Shown here: positions 1-9,970 of the stretch, in pieces
Numbering within the stretch: the stretch's first letter is position 1
Layout: each line of letters starts with the position of its first letter
Assembly: GCA_964486045.1 (NCBI GenBank)
Contig: CAZALK010000010.1
Span: 1-64,000, forward strand
Reading direction: 5' to 3'
DNA from: an uncultured archaeon
GTDB taxonomy: Archaea; Asgardarchaeota; Lokiarchaeia; Sigyniarchaeales; SOKP01
DNA length: 64,000 nucleotides
Position numbers and translations under genes: made by a program
Notes under the pieces: generated by a model
What the model was told of the DNA's origin: nothing
Seen by the model: only the letters and a program-made list of their open reading frames with translations
Databases searched by the model: none

Positions 1-1
1 G

Positions 2-1096
2 TGGGCGGGAGGGGATTACCCCGATATTATTGCACCAAGTATCTATGTAGATAATAAAGACTATCTATTTACTTCAGACGTAATAGAAGGTCTTGAAGAT
101 ATATTTGTTGGGGAGGGAAATATTGAAAATCACTTATTTGGAAAGGAAGCATTAAAATATTCTAATGTGCTTAATGTTCATGAATTAAAGAATAACTACA
201 ACATTTTAATGAAATATTTTCATTTTCATTATAAACAACTGGGAATTGAGAATGAAAACCTCTTTAAACAGCCGATTATAGTCATCGCACCTTTTTTCAT
301 GTCAGAATTAGAAAAAACAAAGCTAACAGATATTTTTTTCAATGTATTTGAGTTTCCAGCATTACTTTTTTTACCTGATAGTCAAGGAGTGTTATCTATA
401 TTACGAAAACCAAGTATTGTGATAGTAAATATGGGAGAATCAAATACATATATTACAACATTTCTCCATGGTTTCACTAACATAATGGCAAGGGATACGT
501 TTCCAATCGCGGGTAAAGATTTGACCAAAGCCCTTTTGAATATGTTATTAAAAGGTTCTGGAAAAAGTGTATCCCTCGATCAAATGATAGCAAAGGAGAT
601 AAAAGAAAAACTTGCAGTATGTGTATTAGATCCAGAAGGGGAATTAAAGCGTATAAAGGACGGTTTAACGAAATTTAAGAGTTTTGTTGATTTACCTAAT
701 GGTTCAAAACTTGAAATTAATACAGAAAGATTTCAACTTGTCGAACCTTTATTTGATCCTTCCATAATTCATATTGATTATATTGGTTTACCTGAGGCCA
801 TAGCAAAGGTTATTAGAACATGGGATAGGGAGGATTGGAGTGAACTTTTACCAAACATTGTACTTTCTGGGGGTGGAAGCTTAATCCCAGGATTTGAAAA
901 AAGATTGAAATTAGAAATTTCAAAATTTTTTTCAGAAAAATTAAGAGCCAACATCAATGTACTAGCAACAACAGGAAGGGATACGATTGGTTGGGTTGGT
1001 GCAAGCGTTTTGTGGGCTCAAGGGAAGTTAAAAAAAGGGTGGCAGTATAACCCGAAAGTTTCTACAGAAGAAGAAAGTTTAGAAGATAACACTTAA
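2..1096 (+). CDS. Actin-related protein (divergent Asgard actin/ARP family), 5' end outside the window
   Basis: The frame is open from nt 2 (WAGGDYPDIIAPSIYV, compare actin FAGDDAPRAVFPSIVG). Actin-like motifs: AGKDLT, EIKEKL, LPNG...TERFQLVEPLFDPS, NIVLSGGGSLIPGFEKRL, GWVGASVL. The ORF-track start at 167 is internal. Confidence 0.9.
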   Translation, partial: WAGGDYPDIIAPSIYVDNKDYLFTSDVIEGLEDIFVGEGNIENHLFGKEALKYSNVLNVHELKNNYNILMKYFHFHYKQLGIENENLFKQPIIVIAPFFMSELEKTKLTDIFFNVFEFPALLFLPDSQGVLSILRKPSIVIVNMGESNTYITTFLHGFTNIMARDTFPIAGKDLTKALLNMLLKGSGKSVSLDQMIAKEIKEKLAVCVLDPEGELKRIKDGLTKFKSFVDLPNGSKLEINTERFQLVEPLFDPSIIHIDYIGLPEAIAKVIRTWDREDWSELLPNIVLSGGGSLIPGFEKRLKLEISKFFSEKLRANINVLATTGRDTIGWVGASVLWAQGKLKKGWQYNPKVSTEEESLEDNT

Positions 1097-1128
1097 AAAT
1101 ATAATTAAATGAAAGGGGAGTATAGTTT

Positions 1129-3720
1129 ATGACTATTAGTTTAGATATAAGAAAAGAATTTTTAACTGACTTTCAAAAAAAAATAATAATAGCTCGTAAG
1201 TTATTATTCTCTGCAAATCATAAATGGGCTTCAAAGTTGTTCGATAATCTAGCTATGGAGATCGAGAAAAATGAATGGTTAGATATTCAAAAAAAACATC
1301 AATTGAATATGATAATCTCGAATTCATGGTGGATCTATTTAAATTCTCTCATACGGAGAAAAGAAGGGAAGGAAAAAATCGATCTTATTAGGTATATAGA
1401 TGCCTATAAACGATTTTTCGCATTTTTAGCAGGTTTAGATGATCCATATTTACTGAATAATTTTGGAATAAATCTTCTGAAGCAATTCATAAAATTGGAA
1501 GATTTATCACAAGTTGGAATTACAAAATTTATAAATTCTTTTTCTATTAGATTACAAAAAAGAGAAGATTACCAAAAATTAATTGAACTACAAATTTTAT
1601 TAGTGTTTTTAAGGGGTTCAGTTGCTCCTTCAGAACATTTTCATTTAAGTATGGAAATTTTAGGAAAAACCTTATTTAAATTAGAACCAAGTAAGAGAAC
1701 TCTATTGCTTTACATGGTTTTAGAAAATGTATGTATTAAATATCAACTTATGGAAGATTCTTCAGAATTTATTAGAATGGTTGTTAAAATCCTGATTAAT
1801 CGTCTCCCTCAATATTTAAAAAATGAATTTAGCAGTATTAGTAGAATTTCTATTAATGAGAGAAGTTTTAGTCCAATTTTAATCGATCTCGAAGAAGTAA
1901 TTAATTATCTAAATGATATAGGAGAATATTCTTGGATAATTATTATTATTAGAAACATTTTTTCAAAAATACAGAAATTCCAATCTTTTGGAGATGCCGC
2001 AACCTATATCCGCAAATTTATTGATTTCTCAATTTATAGAAATCGTTTCGAGATTGCCTTTGAAATTTATGATTTTCTAGAAGATATTTTTATTTATCAA
2101 ACAGATCTTTCCTATGATAACATTTTAATTGAACTTTGGGTTGAAGCGTGCAAGAAATTCGTAGATATGAAAGAAAAGAAGTATTTACTGCAATCTTTAG
2201 AAAAATTGAATAATCACTTAAAAATGCCACAGACGAGTGCCCAGATCTATCATTATTTTTATACTTGTGATAAATTGTGGCAATTTAAGTCGATATTCTT
2301 TTCTTTAGAACAACGAGATTTTTGGAGAATGATGTTTTATCGTGCACTTTTCGAAGAAAAAAACTTTATAATTGCTCAGAAAATCCTTCCTTATCTCGAA
2401 AAAGATTTTGGAAAATTAGTATCAAATGTTATCTCATTATATGAAGAAGTAGAACCATTAAAAACTCAGATATATTCCTTTGAGGCGGAAGAAAAATTTC
2501 TTTCCTTAGATGAAACGGATTTTAACATTAAAGATATGATTCTTAGGATTAACTCAAGTGGAATAATTACATATCGGATAAAATCAACAGCAGATCAAGT
2601 AATTGAAGGTTCAATAAAAACAGAAAACTGGAATGATGCCCAAATTCTTGAAATTTATAACGAACTGTTTTTTGAACCCGATATGAGAAAATTTTCATTC
2701 ACTTTACATGAATTTGGGGAATTATTGTACATTTTTTTACCCAAGATAATCCGAGATTTCTTTAAATCTTTTAAAATTAAAAATTTAGATAATACTCCCC
2801 AGTTTTATTTTATCCTTGATAATATGACGATTCCTTTTGATTTAATATATGATAATAATTTCTTCTTGCTAAAATATTCAAGTGGGTATAAAATTGGTGA
2901 AATACCTCTTGGAGGTGTAGCTTTTGAGCAAGCATCAGTATTAGAGACTCTTCCTGTACCCAATGAAATGAAATATAATGTATTAATAATTGATTCCATT
3001 AATTCCAAAATCCCTCTAAAATGGAATGATAAATTGCAAAGAAAGGAGTTAATCTATCCATTTATAGCAGGGGCAAAGGAATTGGATTATATCGTAAATT
3101 TTTTTAATAATATTGATGAAATTAGTCAACTAACTGCTCTTATAGGATCTCGTTCAACCAAAGAAGCAATACTGACCCATCTTGCTAAAGATCTGTATCA
3201 TATTATAGTGTTTGTGGGTAATATTTTCTATTCAAAATTAAGCCCGAAAGATAGTTTTTTTCTAACTAATGATAATGAAATTGTCACTTTTAGCGAAATA
3301 TATAACTATTTGAATCAAGAGAATACCAGATTACAACCATTTTTATTTTTTAATGCCCAAATTTTTGATATTGAAGGTCAGAAGTTAAGAAATGTATTAA
3401 GAACTTTTGGAGAAATGGTAACTCAGTTTAATCAGGATAAGATTACAGGAATATTAGTGAGACCGTATCCTTTATTTAATGAAGAGACTAAAGAAATTCT
3501 TTCAGAATTCTTTCTTAATTTACTTAGAAGCAACAGTCAGGGTGTATCCCTTCTTAAAGCACGTCAACAGTGTATTGCAAAAAAAATGGAAAATATTGTG
3601 GACGAGCAATTTAAAGATAAACCTATAGAGGGTGGCACTACAAGAATCGATTTAAGAAGTAGTTTAGCAGTGTCAAGTTACCTACTCTTTGGACAACCAA
3701 GGAAAAAATTGAAACCTTAA
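1129..3720 (+). CDS. Large alpha-helical protein with a C-terminal CHAT (caspase/separase-like) domain lacking the catalytic His/Cys
   Basis: The C-terminal region follows CHAT order: IPFDLI, HIIVFVGN (compare HFAGH), FLFFNAQ (compare LVFLNAC), FFLNLL...GVSLLKARQ...SYLLFGQP (compare FY..L..G.AL..AR...F.L.GDP). Confidence 0.65.
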   Translation: MTISLDIRKEFLTDFQKKIIIARKLLFSANHKWASKLFDNLAMEIEKNEWLDIQKKHQLNMIISNSWWIYLNSLIRRKEGKEKIDLIRYIDAYKRFFAFLAGLDDPYLLNNFGINLLKQFIKLEDLSQVGITKFINSFSIRLQKREDYQKLIELQILLVFLRGSVAPSEHFHLSMEILGKTLFKLEPSKRTLLLYMVLENVCIKYQLMEDSSEFIRMVVKILINRLPQYLKNEFSSISRISINERSFSPILIDLEEVINYLNDIGEYSWIIIIIRNIFSKIQKFQSFGDAATYIRKFIDFSIYRNRFEIAFEIYDFLEDIFIYQTDLSYDNILIELWVEACKKFVDMKEKKYLLQSLEKLNNHLKMPQTSAQIYHYFYTCDKLWQFKSIFFSLEQRDFWRMMFYRALFEEKNFIIAQKILPYLEKDFGKLVSNVISLYEEVEPLKTQIYSFEAEEKFLSLDETDFNIKDMILRINSSGIITYRIKSTADQVIEGSIKTENWNDAQILEIYNELFFEPDMRKFSFTLHEFGELLYIFLPKIIRDFFKSFKIKNLDNTPQFYFILDNMTIPFDLIYDNNFFLLKYSSGYKIGEIPLGGVAFEQASVLETLPVPNEMKYNVLIIDSINSKIPLKWNDKLQRKELIYPFIAGAKELDYIVNFFNNIDEISQLTALIGSRSTKEAILTHLAKDLYHIIVFVGNIFYSKLSPKDSFFLTNDNEIVTFSEIYNYLNQENTRLQPFLFFNAQIFDIEGQKLRNVLRTFGEMVTQFNQDKITGILVRPYPLFNEETKEILSEFFLNLLRSNSQGVSLLKARQQCIAKKMENIVDEQFKDKPIEGGTTRIDLRSSLAVSSYLLFGQPRKKLKP

Positions 3721-3825
3721 ATAAAGGGAAATAAAAATAAAATTGAATAAACATTAATTTAAGCAATAATTACAAAAATTAAAAGAAATTTTCATATAAA
3801 GAAAATATCAATAATTAACTGAAGG

Positions 3826-4374
3826 TTGAAATTGTTGTCAGATCCGCGAATAATAGCTCTGAGGGTTGAAAATAAGAAATTAAAACAAGAAATTGCTTCG
3901 TTAGAAAACAAAATTCTCTCGTTGGTTGGGATGTTTAATATAGAATCTTCTGGGGGCCAAGATAAAAAAAATGTACTCAATGATCAACTTTTGAATTTAA
4001 TCGGATCAACTAAAGAACAACTTAATATTGTAACTCCCAAAATCGATGAGTTTTATTCGAGAGAATTAAAAAAAATTACTCAAAAAGGTATACCAGTTCT
4101 TTTGATAACAAACGATAGAGCAGATTTACATAAATCTTATCGCCCGATTTATGATGATATAAAGACTGTCGAAGGAATAAGTATAATTAATAATCCTAAT
4201 GTAAGATTTTTATTATTATTTAATAATAGTCAAGCGGTTTACTCTGGAGGATCGTTAGATAAAGAAGAGTTAACAAGATCAACATTGGTCATAACGACAA
4301 TACAAGAAAAGGCAAAATTAAGAAAGATTGCAGAGATTTTTTCTTTAATGCTTCCTACGTTCATGAGGAAGTAA
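3826..4374 (+). CDS. N-terminal coiled coil plus degenerate PLD/TrmB-middle-like domain
   Basis: LRVENKKLKQEIASLENKI is heptad-like. The following order (LNIVTPKI...KGIPVLLIT...VRFLLLFNNSQAVYSGGSL) matches the PLD-like fold but has no HxK motif. Confidence 0.5.
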   Translation: MKLLSDPRIIALRVENKKLKQEIASLENKILSLVGMFNIESSGGQDKKNVLNDQLLNLIGSTKEQLNIVTPKIDEFYSRELKKITQKGIPVLLITNDRADLHKSYRPIYDDIKTVEGISIINNPNVRFLLLFNNSQAVYSGGSLDKEELTRSTLVITTIQEKAKLRKIAEIFSLMLPTFMRK

Positions 4375-4397
4375 GATTAACTTTTTTTTGATTTCAA

Positions 4398-6590
4398 ATG
4401 GGAATTAGAAAATCAATTAATTCTGAGACTATTATCGAGATTTTTGGCTTAACTTCAAATATTTATAAAGAATTTATGAGTTTTCTAAAAGAAAAGACAT
4501 CGATTGAAAAGTCTTATGAAAAAAATTTTAGAAACTGGAAGAAATTTTTTAGCCATATTTATGGCAATGAATTAAATTCAAGCTTATTTCTAAATCATAC
4601 ATATTATGCCCTTATATTAAAAACTCTAGTAATTTATAAGATAGGTTTGATCAAAAACCTAAACTTTGAAGAGATGTATGTCAGTATAACCGATATTGAG
4701 AGCAATTACCACAAAATATTTGATTTTAACTTCTTTTTTTGGATTACTATTAAAAAAAAGCTATTTAAGATGGTAAATGATGCTATCATAGGACTTAAAT
4801 TTAAAATGCAAGATATTTTCAGCCAGCTCTATCAACAAATCTTTAAATCTGATCTTAGACATAAGAGAGGTGAATTCTATACGCCATTACATCTCGTTAA
4901 CAAAATGATTGATGATTTTTACAAAATTGGTTTAAAAATTTTAGATCCTTCTTGTGGTTCAGGTAATTTCTTGGTAAATATTTTTATAAAAATAATAAAT
5001 TCTCAGAATTCAATTTCATTAAAAATTAAAGCAATTACTAATGTCTATGGTTTTGATTTGAATCCATTAGCAATTATCACATCTAAAACTAATATCTTTT
5101 TGATATTCTTAGAATATTTTAAACTGAGAGATCAGGAAATCCCCATAATTAATATTTTTCTCTGTGATTCTTTGTTTCCAGAAGATTGCAAAGATGAACT
5201 ATACCCTAATCTCAGGGATTTCTATAACTCATTCGATTTAATAATTGGTAATCCTCCTTGGTTAACTTATAAAGATTTGAATGATAAAGATTATCAATTA
5301 AAGATTCGAGAATTATCTGATACATTAAGAATTAAACCTTCAAGCCAATATATAACTCATATAGAATTAGCAGCGGTTTTTTTTTATGCAATCCCTGTAA
5401 AATTTCTTAAAAAGAAAGGCAAAATCTTTTTTGTAATGCCCAAAAGTTCCTTGAATGGTGATCATTGTTACGAATTTCGGGCATTTTCAATTTTTAACAA
5501 AGAATTAGAAATTTGGGATTTCCCTAATAATTATTTTTTTAACGTCAATCACATATGTCTTAAAGCAGAATATATTGGCCAAAATAATAATATATCAATT
5601 AGTGAACGTTATCCAATTAAAACTAAGATTTTTAATAGAGTTTTAGAGTTACAAGAAGAAACAAGTTATTCAAGTATAAATGTTGGAGATGATGGAGCTA
5701 AACTAATTTTACCAAATAATGAAGTAGAAAAGTTAAATAAATTAGAAATTAGCGAATATAAAAGTAAATTCTTCCAAGGAGCTACATTAGTTCCAGGAAC
5801 ACTCGTTTTCTTTCAAATTAGAAAGAAAAAAAATGGGTGTTTAATAATTGATTCAGATCCTGAGATCTTATCCAGAGCAAAAAAAAAATGGATATTTCGC
5901 TTTCAAAATAAAGAGATTGAGGAAAGGTTTCACTTTAAAACATTTCTTAACATTCACCTTATCCCATTTCATTTAAAAACTTTGAAGGATGTGTTCTTAC
6001 CTATAAATGAGCAATTACTATTTAGTTCTGAATTTTTACAACGCTATCCAAAAGCTCAGAGCTTCTATAATGAAGTAAATAAGTTTTATCAAGAAAATAA
6101 AAAAGAAACTAGCGACATAAAAACTCTATATGATAATTTAAATTATTGGAATAAATTACAAAAGCAAGTGAAAAACAAATCTTTCATTGTGGTTTATAAT
6201 GCAAGTGGCTCTAATTTAAAAGCTGTTGTCATAAATAATGAAGCTCAGAAAGTTATCATGGGTTCTGAAAATTATTATTTCACTACGGATTTAGAAGAAG
6301 AAGCTTATTATTTATCAGCTGTTTTAAACTCACCTAATTTATCAAAAAATATTAAACTTATAAAAAGTTCAAGACATATTCATAAAAGGCCCTTTGATTT
6401 CCCGATACCCATTTATGATGAAAAAAATTCAATTCATAAAAAATTAGCAAAAAAAGCAAAAACTTGTCATGGACTCGCCCAGGAGTTATTTATTAATAAT
6501 CCAAAAATAACAGCTGAAAAAGTAAGAATATTCATTAATAGAAAATTAATGAAAATACAAGATCTAACTGAAGAGATTGTTTTCAAGTAA
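4398..6590 (+). CDS. N6-adenine DNA methyltransferase (gamma class, Eco57I/type IIG-like) with C-terminal target-recognition region
   Basis: Motifs GEFYTP, LDPSCGSGNF, GFDLNP and DLIIGNPPW. C-terminal EAYYLSAVLNS...FPIP. Confidence 0.88.
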   Translation: MGIRKSINSETIIEIFGLTSNIYKEFMSFLKEKTSIEKSYEKNFRNWKKFFSHIYGNELNSSLFLNHTYYALILKTLVIYKIGLIKNLNFEEMYVSITDIESNYHKIFDFNFFFWITIKKKLFKMVNDAIIGLKFKMQDIFSQLYQQIFKSDLRHKRGEFYTPLHLVNKMIDDFYKIGLKILDPSCGSGNFLVNIFIKIINSQNSISLKIKAITNVYGFDLNPLAIITSKTNIFLIFLEYFKLRDQEIPIINIFLCDSLFPEDCKDELYPNLRDFYNSFDLIIGNPPWLTYKDLNDKDYQLKIRELSDTLRIKPSSQYITHIELAAVFFYAIPVKFLKKKGKIFFVMPKSSLNGDHCYEFRAFSIFNKELEIWDFPNNYFFNVNHICLKAEYIGQNNNISISERYPIKTKIFNRVLELQEETSYSSINVGDDGAKLILPNNEVEKLNKLEISEYKSKFFQGATLVPGTLVFFQIRKKKNGCLIIDSDPEILSRAKKKWIFRFQNKEIEERFHFKTFLNIHLIPFHLKTLKDVFLPINEQLLFSSEFLQRYPKAQSFYNEVNKFYQENKKETSDIKTLYDNLNYWNKLQKQVKNKSFIVVYNASGSNLKAVVINNEAQKVIMGSENYYFTTDLEEEAYYLSAVLNSPNLSKNIKLIKSSRHIHKRPFDFPIPIYDEKNSIHKKLAKKAKTCHGLAQELFINNPKITAEKVRIFINRKLMKIQDLTEEIVFK

Positions 6591-6598
6591 TGAAATCT

Positions 6599-9500
6599 TT
6601 ACGCAAATTTTTCTTTCCACTTGTCTAACTCTTCAAGAAACTCTCCCTTGATTTTATCTGATAAAGGAGATCGGATCGACCTCAGTTTACTAATCCACTG
6701 CCTAATTACGTTAGCAGCAACAGCACCATGAGTTGTCACTACTATATCTGAGATATCCTGCAGAGAACTAGATAACTTGTTACCCGTTAAAATGTTTGCA
6801 TCCTGAATCAATCCCTCTATTTTTCCAATTATTCCATTACTCTTACCATTGGAAACTTCATCCTCTAATACCTCATCTGAAGGGCCAAAATCTAATGTTT
6901 GGTTATCAAATTCTTCAGTAGAATATTTTTCTTTCCACTTAAAAAAATCTAAAACGAAATCTTCTTTAATCTCTTCATTGAGAAGCCCTTTAATCTTGCG
7001 TAACTTACCAATCCAATCTTTTATATCTTTCAGACCCATTGAATATCCTTCAGTCTCAAGAATAATATCAATAATATTCTGCAACTTTTTACTAATGTCA
7101 ATTCCTTTTAATTCTGTGAAATTACTCTCAATGCTATCAAATATTTCTTTCATTTCTGCTTAAGGATAAATTTTGCTGGACCCCTCATCCATAGATTCAG
7201 ATGATGAACCGTCATCTGATTGAAATTGTGTTTGAGACAAACCTGGGCTTATATATTCTTCTTCAAAAATTGAAGCTGCGTTATCTTCCTTTGGTTGATG
7301 TGATTTAGAGGATTTATAAATTTCTGAAGGTTGATCTCTCCCAGGTTCCTCTGTTGCTGGGACTTGATTTAATAATCCAAATTTCCACCTTAAAAAATCA
7401 TCCTTGATTTTTTCTTTATCAGGTTCATTCAAAGTTTCTTGATCGTTTTTTAGCTTATTTTTCCAGTTAATTATTTGTGAATATCCTTGTAATTTTAAGA
7501 CCACTTCAATGAACTGATCAATTTGGATCCCAATTTCCTCTCCGTGAAGATCTCCGATTTTTTCAAGGAAGATTTCGAATAAATTGTTAATTTTATTTGA
7601 ATCAAGAGGGGCAATTTCAACATCTTCTGGTATCTGCCTCTCTTCTGGTTCTCCGTGAACTTCTTCTTCCATTATAGGAGGTCTAAATTCCGGAGAATCC
7701 ACTAATTCTATGGTTGATAACTCTACATTTAATCTATTAAGTTCACCAATTACGTATTCTTTCATATCATCAGGTAGAGGGGTATAAAGGTTTTCAATTT
7801 TTCCGATCAATAATTTAAGCTCTAAAATATTAAGAGAGATTCCATCCTTTGCAAAAGCAACATCAAGGAGTTTTTTTAATCTTTTTCCAATTTTTCTACC
7901 AGGATAATCATTGATATTTTCAATGACTTCGTTAAATCCTATATTAATTTGAACTTCTCTAGATGGTCTTGAGTTACTACTGATTTTGGATATTATTGGA
8001 ATAAATGACTCGATTAATCCTTTATATGTTGTATAAAAGCCAGTTATTTCAAAATATGGTTTATAGTCAATTTTTTGAAAAATTCCAAACACTAAATATG
8101 TAGAATCTCCCAGAATAGCGATAACATTATTTTTTACAACCCTAAAATATTTAAAATTTGGTTTTTTTTTAATTGCTAGCACATGTTTATTATCATGAGG
8201 TTCTGAAGATATAATTTTTATGTGTAAACCACCGTTAGCGGTTTTCTTTTTTTTTAAGAATTTCTCAAGCCTAGGTTTTTCTAGTTTGATCTCGTCTGAG
8301 CCTTCTTCTGTTGGCTCTTCTTCTATTTCTTTTTCAATCTTCTTAGGATAATTCTCCTTCCATTTATTAATGTTCTCCAGGAGTAAGAATTGAGTATTTG
8401 AATCTAAAAGCTTTCTTATTACTAACAACCTGTTTAACCATCCTTGTATGCTCTCAATGACAACAGACTCGGGGTTTAAATCGGAAACCATAGATAATAT
8501 TTCAGCCACATTATGACTCAATTCAAAACCTTTAACTTTTGAAGCCACCTTTGAGAGAGCATCGAGATTTTTTTCAAACTCTTGCTTTTGCTTCTTCGAA
8601 ATTGAGGGACCTTTTGGTTTTTGTGGTTTAGTTTTTGGGGAGCCTTTGGCTTGTGGTTTGGGTGCGGAGCTCAGATCAACAGAGTAATCTAATTTTAATT
8701 TTTCAAGGGGTATAAAATCCTCGATTTTAGGAACTATTATAGTAAGGTTTTCCGTTGATTTTTCAATCAAAATAGATAAAATCTCTTTTATTTTCTCGTA
8801 AGTACTTACGTACCATAGTTTTTCATCCGAGATTTTTTCTTTACTGATGTAATCAGTTAAGATATTGTATAAGGACTTCTCCATCATTTCAACTTTTTTA
8901 GAAGAAAAAGAACTCTGTCCAACTGGTTCAAACGAAATTTCACTTACTCTCTTATCAATTGATTCTCCTAATTTTCTTATAAATGTTTTGAAAGCCTCTG
9001 CTTGCTGAGAAGTATCTGGAGACACCATTCCCTTTACTATGTCTCTAAATTGAGAAAACATGTTCTCTGCTATTTCATCAGATTCACTAATTTTTTGTTT
9101 TATTGCTGTAATTAATTTAGCTATATCTCGACCATCTATACCAGATTGAATTTTGAGTGGATTAATTAATTTAATTATGTCAGAGATTATTAATTGAGCA
9201 AATTTCTTCACATTTTCTTCGACTTCAGATAATACTTCGGTCGTTTGACTCGTGGTATCTTGATTACTAATTACTTCTATTAAATCTTGACTTATATTTT
9301 CAAGATCTTGAAATAAACCATCTTGAAATTTCTCTAACTGGGAATTTTGCTTTCCTTCTTTTGGTTTAGGAGTATCAACACCTTGTGAAAGTTCTGATAT
9401 ACTATTAATTATTGCCGCAATTGGGGGTATAGAAATATAATGAGGTAGGGATTCTGAATATTTAGGTTCTACTTGTAGAAGAAGTTTCTTTTCGAGAAGA

Positions 9501-9706
9501 TTGTCTATAATTTGCTGTATCTCTTCCTGCGATTGTTTAGACATGAATGTTCCTATTTCATTAAAAGTTAAAGGAATGCTTCGAATAAGTTCAACATAAA
9601 GTTTAACTTCATTATCAGAAATGTTGTATGCCTTCAATAAAGCTCTCATTTTTAATATCTCAACTTTCTGTGTGAGTTTAATATTTATTATATCCTTATA
9701 TATCAT
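6599..9706 (-). CDS. TrmB-like HTH protein with five ~60-aa helical repeats, interrupted by one in-frame TAA at 7160-7162 (ORF-track ORFs 7160..9706 and 6599..7153 are in the same frame)
   Basis: The N-terminus LKAYNISDNEVKLYVELI...LLEKKLL...YISIPP is TrmB-HTH-like. The junction reads ATT TAT CCT TAA GCA GAA ATG AAA in one frame, and the same repeat occurs on both sides of the stop. Confidence 0.65.
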
Positions 9707-9970
9707 GAAACTTCTTACTTTTTAATATTCTGAAACCGAAAAATTGAGATTATTTCCAAGAAAATTCTGAAAAGTTATAAAGGTAAAATTTGGGTAGAGG
9801 ATAAAATAAAAGGGGATTATTCAAAAGGTAGTAAATTCGTCCTCTTGATTCCGAGATTTATAAAACCATAAAAAATCTCTTTAATTTTTTTTTGGAAAGG
9901 TTTTTCTGTAATAAATATATATCTATAGTGTAATAGTGTCAATAAATGAAAAAAATTTTTGTGAAATAAA

